This document shows positions 21,611-33,100 of a stretch of DNA of 38,440 nucleotides, in pieces. This DNA is from Stramenopiles sp. TOSAG23-2 (Eukaryota): assembly GCA_900128395.1 (NCBI GenBank), contig LT649317.1, positions 1-38,440 on the forward strand, in the 5' to 3' direction. A program made the position numbers and the translations under genes. Within the stretch, counting starts at the first letter, position 1. Each line of letters opens with the position of its first letter. The notes beneath the pieces were generated by a model. That model was not told the origin of the DNA. It did not search any database and was given only the letters and a program-made list of their open reading frames with translations.

Positions 21611-21849
21611 CCTGATATAATTGTTACTGTGCCGGCCAGTCACCGATTTTCGGTACAATTTGTTTGTATACTTAAACACTACATTACCAATCAAATACAC
21701 AAATTAATCCAAAACTCACACACTCGAAATTTATTGAAACCTGAAAACCGATTAATTTGTGTATTTGATAGGTATTATAGTGTTTAAGTATACTAAAACA
21801 TTTGTACCGAAAATCGGTGACTGGCCGGCACAGTAAAAATTATATCGGG
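21611..21849. mobile_element. MITE-like foldback element with ~100-bp terminal inverted repeats
   Basis: 21611-21709 is the near-perfect reverse complement of 21750-21849 (TACTGTGCCGGCCAGTCACCGATTTTCGGTACA / TGTACCGAAAATCGGTGACTGGCCGGCACAGTA). About 40-bp spacer and no transposase. Confidence 0.75.
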
Positions 21850-22152
21850 TATTATGATGTATTTTTTTATTATTTATTTATTTATTGAATTATACTTCAC
21901 ATACACAATCCGCAATCACAATATCACAATACTGGAAAAGGGAAATATGGAAACATATAATACTGTATTGTTTCGCTAATCTCGTGTATGTGTTTTCTTT
22001 TTGTTTTGTGGTGGTGATCATTATAAGTCAATAAAATTGTATTAACAACGAGTACAATTTGAATAGATAGGTATATATATATATATATATATATTAATTT
22101 GTTCACTATTTTATTATTTTTTTATTTTTAATATAATTTTTACAAAAAAAAA

Positions 22153-22614
22153 ATGTCGATAGAATGTGTTGCAATTGTTGGGGAAAATAATAATCCATTG
22201 TATTTAGCGACGTATCCAAAGTTAGATAGTACCGATCTGCAACATCGATTTCAATTAATAGTATATTCCTCCCTTGATATAATAGATGCATGGGTAAAAC
22301 AGCAGAAAAGTGGTAATAGTGATAATAGTAATATTGATAATCAATTTGTGGGATATTTATGTTCAATGGAACATTTCAAAGTTTTTGGATATGTAACAAA
22401 TACATCATTAAAATTTTTAATCGTTGTCAGTGATGAAGTTGATTCGTTGCGTTTGCCATTCGGTAGCGTACATAATTTCTTTCTTAACTTTCATCAAATA
22501 TATATAGAAGCGTTGTATAATCCATTTTATAAAATTGGTACACCTCTTACATCTCCAAAATTTAGCAAAAAAATGAGTTTATTAGTCAGTCAAAGTGAGA
22601 AGAAAATGTTTTGA
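22153..22614 (+). CDS. TRAPPC2L: Trafficking protein particle complex subunit 2-like (sedlin/longin fold)
   Basis: CVAIVGENNNPLY, YSSLDIID, FVGYLC...FKVFGYVTNTSLKFLIV, NPFY...PLTSPKF match the TRAPPC2L family. Confidence 0.85.
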   Translation: MSIECVAIVGENNNPLYLATYPKLDSTDLQHRFQLIVYSSLDIIDAWVKQQKSGNSDNSNIDNQFVGYLCSMEHFKVFGYVTNTSLKFLIVVSDEVDSLRLPFGSVHNFFLNFHQIYIEALYNPFYKIGTPLTSPKFSKKMSLLVSQSEKKMF

Positions 22615-23388
22615 AGAAAGTAAAATTATATTAATGATCGATAAAAAAAAATATCTTTTGTGTGGTGTGTTTAATAAAATTTTGCACAAAACACACACAT
22701 GGGGTGTCGTACCCTGCCGGTGTATGGAATATCTCGTCACCACTGCCAGTTGGTGTTGTACAACAAAAGTCACTAGCAGAACAACATTCTTGCCCATGTA
22801 CGCCAATTAATATGATAATACTATGATAATAAATGGGACCAATATACAAATAAATATTTTAATTTTACAGACTTTGTCATGATGTTGGTCCTTTATGTGT
22901 TAAAAGCTAGTGTTCATATACGTGTACCCCTTTCCTATTGTCATAGACCAATAACTAAACTTCTTTGTTGATATATATTATTTATTTCGCTTTTTGCAAA
23001 AACATAGTATATGTAAAATATGTAAAATATGCATATATATGCAACCATATATAATATGCACCTGGTACTGTATTAGACGACTATAATAATAAATTCAAGG
23101 CAACAAGTCTAGGTAATACCAGGTATATACCACAGTATACCAAGTTCGCAGAAAGGAAGAAGACGGTTAGATATAGTGCGTTATATATTTTAAAAAGCTA
23201 TTAGAGCTACTACAAATATACCTATTTCTTGAAAAAAAAAAAAGAACATATATATATATATATATTGCGTGTGGAAACAAAGAAGTTCATTTAGTAAAGA
23301 GAATAATAATAATAATAATAACAATATCAAAACATACCTACATATATATATATACACACTATATTTTTTTTTTTGAAATAATATCATC

Positions 23389-24495
23389 ATGGCAAAAGTA
23401 GATGGAATGGATGGTGAGAAAATGACGGCTGTTCATATTACGGAATGGTTACAACCTGGAACGGTACCGGAAAAAATTAGTTTTGGGCAAATAAATGTAC
23501 CACCAGCACCAAAGAAAGCTGAAGTAATTATTAGTGTCAAAGCAGCTTCAATACAAGGTGATGATGTTGCGTTGATGCAAGATACATGGGCTGGTGGTAC
23601 CGCTCATAGCCGTAAGCCCACAGCTGATAATCCAGTTATAGGTGGAACCGATTATGCAGGTGTCGTTCTTGCTGTAGGTCCAAACTGTAGTAAATTAAAA
23701 GTAGGTGACCGAGTGTGTGGAATTGTGAAGCCATATGAGTATCAAATGGGAACATGGGCAGATAAAATACTGGCAAATGAAAAAGATGTTTGTGTTATTA
23801 CGGATGATAGTATCTCCTTCGTTGATGCTGCAGCAGCCCAAATGGGAACGTTTGTTAGTGCAGATTTGGTAAGACTTGCAAGTAGTAAACTTGAAAAAGA
23901 TGGGTGCCGTTCCATTGTTGTAGGTGCGTCAGGTGCAATTGGTTTAGTTTTGCTTCAAATGTTAAAAAAATACAAAAATGGGCACGTAACTGCCATTTGT
24001 AGTGGTTCTAATGCAGAAAAATGCAAATCGATGGGTGCAACGGAGACGATCGATTATACAGTCAAACCATTTGGTGAACAGCTTGCGGATAAAGATAAAT
24101 ATGATGTTGTATTTGATCTTGTTGGTGGTAAAGATATTGAAGCACAATCAAGACCATTGTTGAAAAAATCAGGTGCGATGTTTATTACTGCAGTTGGTGA
24201 AACACGATTTATGGGAATGGAAGGAAAACTTGAAGGTGTAGGTGGCATGATTTGTCGTATAATTTGTCGATCAATGTGTGGTTGTTGTTATTCTCCATAT
24301 AAATGGGTTCTTGCACAACCATATCCACCAATGAAACAAGACATATTTGAGAAATATGTAGTTAATGATAAAGTTCGTGCTTCTATTTCTGAGGAAATAC
24401 CATTTCAAGAAGCACCAATACGTCAAGCGATGACAAGGGTTTTTCAACATCATGCCGGTGGAAGAGTCGTAATCAATATGGAAAGTAGTGCTTAA
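23389..24495 (+). CDS. Medium-chain dehydrogenase/reductase, NADPH:quinone oxidoreductase (RTN4IP1/AOR-like)
   Basis: EVIISVKAASI, GTDYAGVVLAVG...LKVGDRVCG, VVGASGAIG, MGATETIDY, YDVVFDLVGG, HAGGRVVI. No zinc-ADH GHE motif. Confidence 0.85.
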   Translation: MAKVDGMDGEKMTAVHITEWLQPGTVPEKISFGQINVPPAPKKAEVIISVKAASIQGDDVALMQDTWAGGTAHSRKPTADNPVIGGTDYAGVVLAVGPNCSKLKVGDRVCGIVKPYEYQMGTWADKILANEKDVCVITDDSISFVDAAAAQMGTFVSADLVRLASSKLEKDGCRSIVVGASGAIGLVLLQMLKKYKNGHVTAICSGSNAEKCKSMGATETIDYTVKPFGEQLADKDKYDVVFDLVGGKDIEAQSRPLLKKSGAMFITAVGETRFMGMEGKLEGVGGMICRIICRSMCGCCYSPYKWVLAQPYPPMKQDIFEKYVVNDKVRASISEEIPFQEAPIRQAMTRVFQHHAGGRVVINMESSA

Positions 24496-24828
24496 AAATT
24501 TTTGTCTACATCTAACATATGCATAAAAATACGACACGGTTCGTATATGTGTTATATAAACTGCAACGTGCAACTGTATGAACCTTTTTTATACAACAAT
24601 AAATAATAATAATATTTTTTTATTTGAGCTTTTTTCATCGGGCTCTTCGGAATTCATCGGGTCGACGATAGTTTTGAATTTGCTCTATTGCCTCTACTAT
24701 CGATAAGATCTATTTAAAACGATACACTATTGATTTTTTAAAATAGCATATATATAGCATTGTATTAGACCACCACGGATATAAGCTATAGATAGCTAGC
24801 TCTAGCCCAGCTGGGCCAGCTATAGCAA

Positions 24829-25074
24829 GGATGAAACTCTCCTCAAAACAGGCGGGGTCAAATTAGTACAGATTTAGTATACTATAAATATTTGATAGGT
24901 AGATCTTGGAAGATAATAAATCCATAAAATCCAAAAATGACCAATGTTAATTGGATGAAAATATCTAGAATATCCGATTATTTATATTATCCTATATAAA
25001 TATATATTTATAGTATACTAAATCTGTACTTATTAGACCACGCCTGTTTTGAGGAGAGAGATTTAGATTCATCC
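24829..25074. mobile_element. Second MITE-like element with ~55-bp inverted repeats
   Basis: 24837-24891 (CTCTCCTCAAAACAGGCGGGGTCAAATTAGTACAGATTTAGTATACTATAAATAT) pairs with ~25004-25058 with three mismatches. GGATGAA/TTCATCC extends the match across an indel. Confidence 0.7.
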
Positions 25075-25285
25075 GTCGTCTTATTATTTTATCGTATGTG
25101 TTGTTACATAACAGGTAAATAATGTAATAGAAAATAGAAATTCAAATTGTTGTGAGAGAGATGTACATTATATATATCTTTTTATGCATATATATATATA
25201 TATATATATTATATTAAAGATACATCATTTCATACTAGTAATATCATCAGTGAAAATCAAATAATATTAAAACAAATAAACAACA

Positions 25286-26515
25286 ATGAGAAAAAATTTA
25301 AAACGACTACAAGAAGAGGAGGAAAATAATTCTTCATCCAATTCAAATTCAAAAAAAAAACAAAAAATTACAAGTACTCCTCAAAAAATTGAATTTTCAT
25401 TAGCTGATTTAAAATATACGACAATATCTGCATCATTGAAAGAATCTACGGAAGACGATATAATTAAAAAATATTTTGAAGACATTACTAATTTATTGAC
25501 AACAAATACGAAGCTTCCTGTTGGTCTTGATTGTGAATGGTGTCCACCATGGTTTAGAAGTGCTGAGGAACCAGAAGAACGTATATGCACAATGCAATTT
25601 TATAATCCAAACGTAGGAGCATTAGTTTTATCAACAGTTGGTGTTAAAATTTTGCCAAATTATTTAATAGATTTTTTTGGAAACAATAATATTTTAAAAG
25701 TTGGAGTAAATATTATTGGTGATGGTGCTCGTATTAAACGTGATTTCAAAACAACTGTAAATGGTTTATTCAATTTAGAACAATTATCAAATGCTCAAGG
25801 TAGACTATCAATGGAAAAACTTGTAGCAAATCATTGTCCTAAGAAATTTCATATAAGCAAAAATTCAATGGAAAGTAAAGTTAGGCTTGGTGATTGGTCT
25901 AAATTTCCACTCGATAACTTGCAATTGAAATATGCTAGTGTTGATGCTGTATTATCATTTACAATTTTTTTGTTTCAAAAAAAACTTAAATGGATGAATG
26001 GAAAAGATTTCAATATCAATGAAAAGGATAAAGTTCTACAAGGAGGCAATGTACAATCAGTTGAATATGATCCATTGTTAGAAAAAGAAAATGAAGAAAA
26101 AGATCAAAATGAATTACAAAAGAAAAAAGCTTCTAGCGATAAAGCAAATTCAAATTTTTTCATCATGCATCGAAATCGATCCATCGTGCCACCAAATTTA
26201 AATTCAAAAGAACACCCGAAAGGTACGAAAACTTGCTTGGATGGTTTAGTTATTGTTGCTAGTGGTGTTTTAGATAGCTTTTCACGTAAGGAATTTGCTG
26301 AATATGTTAAAAAACATGGTGGAAAAATTTCTAAATCCATCACAAGAAAAACTTCATTTTTAGTTAATGATCATGGTACCGTTGGTCCATCAAAATTTAA
26401 AAAATGCCAAGCAAATAATATACCTGTAGTGGGAGAAGATCATATATTAGAATTGGTTCGGAAAAATAGTAATGAGGATAGTTGTAGTAGTATCAATAGT
26501 AGTAATATGCCATAA
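25286..26515 (+). CDS. WRN/EXD2-type DEDDy 3'-5' exonuclease fused to an RFC1-type BRCT domain
   Basis: Exo I VGLDCEW, Exo II KVGVNIIGD, DWSKFPL..LQLKYASVDA (Exo III). C-terminal SKEHPKGTKTCLDGLVIVASGVLDSFSR...HGGKISKSITRKTSFLV...GPSK...GED closely follows the RFC1 BRCT pattern. Confidence 0.85.
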   Translation: MRKNLKRLQEEEENNSSSNSNSKKKQKITSTPQKIEFSLADLKYTTISASLKESTEDDIIKKYFEDITNLLTTNTKLPVGLDCEWCPPWFRSAEEPEERICTMQFYNPNVGALVLSTVGVKILPNYLIDFFGNNNILKVGVNIIGDGARIKRDFKTTVNGLFNLEQLSNAQGRLSMEKLVANHCPKKFHISKNSMESKVRLGDWSKFPLDNLQLKYASVDAVLSFTIFLFQKKLKWMNGKDFNINEKDKVLQGGNVQSVEYDPLLEKENEEKDQNELQKKKASSDKANSNFFIMHRNRSIVPPNLNSKEHPKGTKTCLDGLVIVASGVLDSFSRKEFAEYVKKHGGKISKSITRKTSFLVNDHGTVGPSKFKKCQANNIPVVGEDHILELVRKNSNEDSCSSINSSNMP

Positions 26516-26929
26516 ATAAATAAGAAATAAGAGTACACTCTTATGTGATAAATAAATAGATATATTATATACTTGTAGACCTATCCAGCTATGCCTATAT
26601 ATTATATTTTTTACAACTTTTTTATTATATTACGATTTTAATTTACCTGGTCAATGCTATTCAATGCTAAAAATCACACACAGCCTTTTTCCATCCGTTT
26701 TGGTTTCCCAGTTTGCAACTGGAATACCATATAAATAATAGTAAAACTAATTTATAATATTAATAATAATAAAAGTAATAATAGTATTTTAATAGGTATT
26801 AATAATTGCTTATATTTATATTATTTATTATGCACTTCTTTTTTTATAACTATTCACTATGTAATAATAATTATATATATATATGTAATTTCATTGCCTT
26901 TCGATATTTTGTCTAGTTCAGTCACGCAA

Positions 26930-26954
26930 ACACACACACACACACACACACACA
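26930..26954. repeat. (AC)n microsatellite
   Basis: Read directly from the sequence. Confidence 0.9.
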
Positions 26955-27196
26955 TTTTTTTTCCCAACATTCTTGTACGACACTTAAAGTCCGTTATAAG
27001 TAGCTGGTATATGTACACACACAACAGTACCATTTGGAACAAGGCAAATCGATCATTTCTAGAACCTTATTATATGTAACTACAACAATCAATATTCCAA
27101 TAAACTAAACTATAAAATAAATGTATATAAAATAAATATTAAATCAAACAATAAACATTAAAGGTCTATATATACGTAGCTAGTATACGAACCATC

Positions 27197-30100
27197 ATGT
27201 CAGATTCTAATAATAATAACAAGAAAAGTATTTCAATAGGAAAGAAGAAAGTCAATCCACTGCATAAATTGAAAACAGTCCGGGAGGAGGAAGAGGCGGA
27301 TACAATACAAGACCAGGTAAAAAATGATGCTTTTTTTAATAGTCTAGTAAATGAAATCCATGGAAACAATGTATATATTGCCGTCAACGCGGTATTAGAA
27401 GGCGAGATGAAAAATGAAAAAATACGTTTTATACAATCTTTAGGTCTTCCTGTAAGTGTTAAAATTTCTCCCGGAGTTGAATTGGATGAAAAATTTTGCC
27501 TTTCTACTAAAATGGCCCAATTTGATAAAGAGAAAATAAAATCATTGCAAGCAATTGGGGAAAATAATTTTGAAACAATGAAAGAAGAGGCAGTCAAACA
27601 AGCTAAAGCAAGTCCAGATCATTTTGTTCATGCTTCCATCATAGCACAGACGCTTCTATTGGAAAAACAATTTCCTTCAAAAGATAAGCTTGCTGCTGCA
27701 AAGGCTATTGGAAATTGGCATGTAGAACAGTTTGTAAAAACAATGGTTGGTTCTGATGTACAAGAAAAAGATATGGAAAAATATCGAAATGTTGTTCTTG
27801 AAGGTATTAGCGAAATGTTTCATTCTGGGGACAGTCTTAATTCATCGGGACAAGGTAATAATAATAATAGCAACAATACCAGCAACAATTTGAAGAACTC
27901 GTCGCTATCATCAACATCTCCACTTCCAGTAATATCATCTTCCTCTGCATTGCTAGATGATATATTAGAAATTAAATCAATACCAAAAAAATCTGCAAGT
28001 AATTCTATCTATGATCAAGTTTCTGGTGCGGCAATACTTATCCAATCAGTTTTCAAAGGTTATAAAGTTCGTAAAAGTATATCAAATTATCAATATAGAA
28101 AATCCAGTTTAATGTTACAAAAATGGTATAGACATACAAGATCTGGGCATGACGAAAGGGTATCGTTTCTTAAAACACGACGTGCTATTATCAAATTGCA
28201 AGCTTTGTTACGTGGGCGTAAAGTGCGTAAAGAAATAGAAATTAAAAATGATTTATTGTTGAATGAACAAATGATAGAATTATTTAATCATTTTCATAAT
28301 GCTGCTACACGAATTCAAGCTGTTATACGCGGTATAGTCATCCGCAAACGATTGCGTAAAGTGTTCGTTGCACAGCAACAAGTTAAAGCTGCGTTGTTAT
28401 ATCAAGCAAAACTACTTGGAGGCATAGTTCAATTTCAAGCTCGAGTTCGAGGATATTTGATGCGCGAATATAATAGAAAGTATAATGGCGAGATAAATCG
28501 TATGATGAAACTTCGTGTGGAATTAGAAGAAGAAGATGAAATTCTACAAGGTTTACACCGTTCTTTGGCATATTGGCATGAAGAGTCGGACCATGTAAAT
28601 GATATTGTAATCGATTTCATAACAAATAATCATTACACAAGAGCAGCAATTAAAATACAGCAACTATACCGAGATGTCAAATTACGAATTTATGCTGCGG
28701 GTATGATACAAAGTGTATGGAAAGGGTATGTAACTAGAAAACATCTTGCTTTTTGGAATGCGTATGCAACGACAATACAAAAGGTTGTAAGAGGAAGGCT
28801 GGGCAAATTGCGTTTTAAGCGTACCTTAGTATCTATGAAATTAAAAAAACGTGGAATGGCATTTCAATACTATGCAAAAAATGAAAAACAAGTTGTTATT
28901 GTACAAAACATTTATAGAAGATGGTCATGTATGAGAAATAACAAATTACTTTTGCTTATTGTTAAGGTTCAACGAACATTTCGTCGCTATCAATTTCAAA
29001 GGCAAGTTAAAACATTTATTAAAAAAGTTAGATTTGTTAAACATTTCTTAGGAATGTGTCTCATTCGAAGGAGATATCTTTCCTACAGACGCAAGATTAA
29101 AAGACGTCGTCAAGCTACAATAGTGTCATCACTGGCTCGTAAAATGTTTCAAAGAAAAAAATATTTAAACAAGCGGCAAAAAGTAATCTTAATGCAAACA
29201 TATTCAAGAAGAAAGCTGAGTTACAATCGTATAAAAAAAATGCATCGAGCGGCTACATATTTAAGTAGTTTATGGCGCTGCCATGTTATAATGGAACATT
29301 TTCAGCATCAAAAAAAAAATGCAGCTACTATCCAAAAGCAAATAAGAGGTTTTATAACGCGCATTCGCCTTTACAACAGTAAGGATTCAAAAAAAACGCA
29401 TGTTGTACAGCTTTTATATCGTCGCTTGGAAGAGGAGAAACAGCGTCCGCTGCAAGTACGAATAGATTCGGCAACAATGTTACAGTCGCATTTTCGCATG
29501 TATTTCCAACGAAATGTTTACAACTCCAAAAGAAGAAAATATATTATTATACAATCATTGGCGCGTCGTTTCCATACCTATTGCAAGATATTGCGAACAA
29601 ATCCTATTACAAAAAAAAGATATTTGTTTGATGGTACTTTTCCTGGAACGATACTCCGGAAAGGAAATGGTTCTATGACATTTGATATTTACCTTTTTGA
29701 TGGAACCTTGCTAAAAAACGTACCTCACAGGCGTATCTTGCCACTAACGCATGATAATGCTAAATTTAACGCAATAAGATTTTCTGTGGGTGATCACGTT
29801 GATGCATCGATGGAAAACGGTTTAGATAGATATCCGGGAACGATTACTAAAGCTTATCCGGGATCTGCTCATTATGACGTATTGTTTGAAGGTGATACAG
29901 TTTCAAAACAATACATACCAATAGAAAATATTTTTGCATCTTATGGACATGATGAAACTGCTGCGGAAGTCGAACACCTTCATTATAGCGTTCACGAAAG
30001 TGTTGAAACGACAAATGATCATTGGAAAACGGTTTCTCTAGCATACATTATAAATCCAAATCATAATGATGGTATAAAAAAACAAGCCAATGCTAAAGCA

Positions 30101-33100
30101 AGTAATCATCATAGAAAACATCGTCGACATCATGAAAAACACCAACATCATGATGAACAAAAACATCTTAAAAATAATAAACAAACGAAAAAAAATAGCA
30201 ACAACATCGTGAACACTACGAGAAAAGAACAAAAGTTTTATTCAATAAAAATGATAGGTTCCAAAGGAACTAGGGATAATGTTCCATATTATTCGCTTCG
30301 AAAGAGACACAAAGACTTCCAAGCTGGAATGTATGTTGAAGCATCATATAATAGTAATGCAATAAAAAATGGCAAAATAAATGAAGTTTACAAGCGTGGA
30401 CAAATTCTTTCTGTTGATAAAAAAACATCAACTTGCGAAGTTTTATTTAGGAAATTAAGTACAACCCCACGAACTGTGCCTTTTTCAAAAATTAGAACAT
30501 TAAGAGGTAAAGTTTACAAGAATGGTTTAAAAGTTAGAATCATTGACAAAGGGCAGAAAAGTCATCAGTCATCTTTTTTAGTGAATAAACTACATCGAAA
30601 TAATTTCTTGCCAACCCGAGGAGCAATAATTAAAAAAAGGGGTGAGCATTGTCAATTCTACAATGTTTCCTTTACAAACGGTAAACGTGAAAATACAACT
30701 GTCCACTTTTCATTAATTGTTCCAGTGCAAACACAACGGCAACAAATATTTGATATTGTGAGAGTAAATATGAGTGCAAATGGCTCTTTTACTCATAAAG
30801 AACTTTTGAACAAATATATTTGTGGTATTACGAAAAATAATGCAAAATTAGCACGGTTCCAAGCCCATGTACGAAGAAGGCGACAACGAAAAAAATACCA
30901 ATCTTTTTTAAACAAAGTAATTCTTTTACAAGCTACGGCAAGACGTAAAATTGTTGAAATAGAAGAGACAATAGTAAATAGAAAGGTAACCCAAATTCAA
31001 AAGCTTGTGCGAGCTCGGAATCAGCAAAAGGAGTATAAAAAAGTTCAAAAATTGGCAATGAAAATACAGTCTATAGTTCGATTATTTATAGCAAAAAAAC
31101 AATTTGTTCAAACACGGAACAAAGTGCGGAAAATTCAAGCCCACATGCGCGGAGTGGGGGGAAGAAATAATTTGATGAAAACCTTAGAAGTAAACGAGGG
31201 TCTTCCATGCATCATCGATTCGCAAATTAGTGACAATAATGAATATAATATTGAGTTAGAGGATGGAACATATATAACAAATGTGAAAGAAACATGTCTA
31301 ACTAAGCGTCCTAGGTACAACGAGGAGTGGTTAAAGGTTGGAACAAAGGTAGATGCAACTACTGATAACTGGGATAGTCATTTTGCTGCAATTATTGCAT
31401 CGGTTACTTGGGATTGGAAATACAACGTAGTATTTTGTGATCAAATTGCAAATAGTAAAAATATGGTGTTGTTGCAAAAAGATTCTGTACGAAAATTGGA
31501 TGATGGCGACGTAGACCTCCCACCTTATAAATGGAATACTGAGCTTGAAATGACAGATGATCGTTGGAAAAGCGTTTTCAGGGTTCGGGTGACTAAGAGT
31601 TTAAAAGGACAATGCTATAATGTTATCCGCCTGGATGGGGAACAGAAGGTAAAGTCGATAAATAATGTGAAACAGTGTTTCTTAAGAAAGCCATTTGTAC
31701 CTTCTGAGTTGCAACCAAATTCTGAAATTGAATATTACACGCCATTAAATAAAAAGAGGAAATACTCAATAGGAATTATTAAATCGATCAATAAGCGGTT
31801 TAAAACTTTCACCATTGTTGATCAACTTGACAAAAACTCTGAAAAGTGCATATCTTGGTCAAAAGTAAGACCAGTTCCAGTTAAAATATTTAAGTTGAAT
31901 ACAAACGTTACTATTCTTTCATCCCAAAAACAAGGAAAGATTTATTCAAGGAACAAATACTTGCAATACACAGTACAACTGCCGAATGGAAAATTTGTAT
32001 ATCGATTAACCGGCTATGAGATCTCTGAAGTTAAACCATTTCAAATTAATGAGAAATTGATGTATTTGCCGATGGAAGATCCATATAGACAAGGAAAAGC
32101 AAAAATGTCCATTGTTGAAATGGCAAGTCATCGTAAAAAAGGCAAAGAAAAGACAGCTGACATTGCAAAAAAAGCTGCAATGATACAATCCCTATTCCGT
32201 TCATTTAAGTGCAGGGTGCCGTATTTGAAAAAGTTGAAATTAATCATTTCAGTTCAAACCCAATTTAGACGGTTTGATGCTGAACGACAATATTATATAG
32301 CTCGCGGTTTAGTTTTTATGATACAAGCTAACTATCGCATGCTTGGTCCTCGAAAACAGTATAAAAAAATGCGTAACGCTGCTATTTGTATTCAATCTTT
32401 TATGCGTGGGAGATACATTCGGGAACAAGCTCGTATAATGGGTGTTTTGGCTTCAAAAATACAAAGACGATACAGAAAGCATTTAAAAAACCCTGGTAAA
32501 GAAGAGCTTGTAAAATCAAAACAAGCTTCATCAGTACGTTCGAACGTAAAATATCAATACAATAAACAGCGTATTAATATTCATCAATATAACGAGAAGG
32601 AACATATTGAAGCTGCTGTAACCATCCAAAAGTATATTAGAAGATTTCTTTGTGAAAATCTTTTTAAATTACGAAGGCAAAGCCATGAAGCGGCAATAAT
32701 AGTACAGCGGCGGGTGCGTGGATCATTGAGCAGAAAAGCGTTGTGGAAAGAGATTCCCCATACTCAAGATCATGAATACGATGGATATCTTCCAGGTACC
32801 ATCATTGGTTCAAATAAAGATGGTACTTTTAAAGTCGAATTTGATTTCGGTCAAATTTGCAACTCCATTAATCCATTTTCAATTAAAGAGGAAACAGTTA
32901 AGCATTTTCAAGAAGGTGATCGTTGTGAGGCGACGGAGGATGCATGGCAAAGTTATCTTACTAGTACTATTACAAATGTTTACCGTGGCAGTACATATGA
33001 AGGAGAGGAAACGTTTTACGATGTATTGTACGATGATGGTACAACTGGAACATCTATTCCAGAAACATATTTACGGCATGTGCCGAAGTTTCATCATAAA

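Noticed and set aside
24633-24661. TTCATCGGG repeated twice, giving ATGA...GA on the minus strand (SECIS-like core)
   Set aside because: The stem is far too short, it is on the wrong strand for the upstream gene, and there is no in-frame UGA nearby.
7478-26515. DNA-repair gene cluster (two BRCT proteins)
   Set aside because: They are about 15 kb apart with unrelated genes between them, which is consistent with chance.
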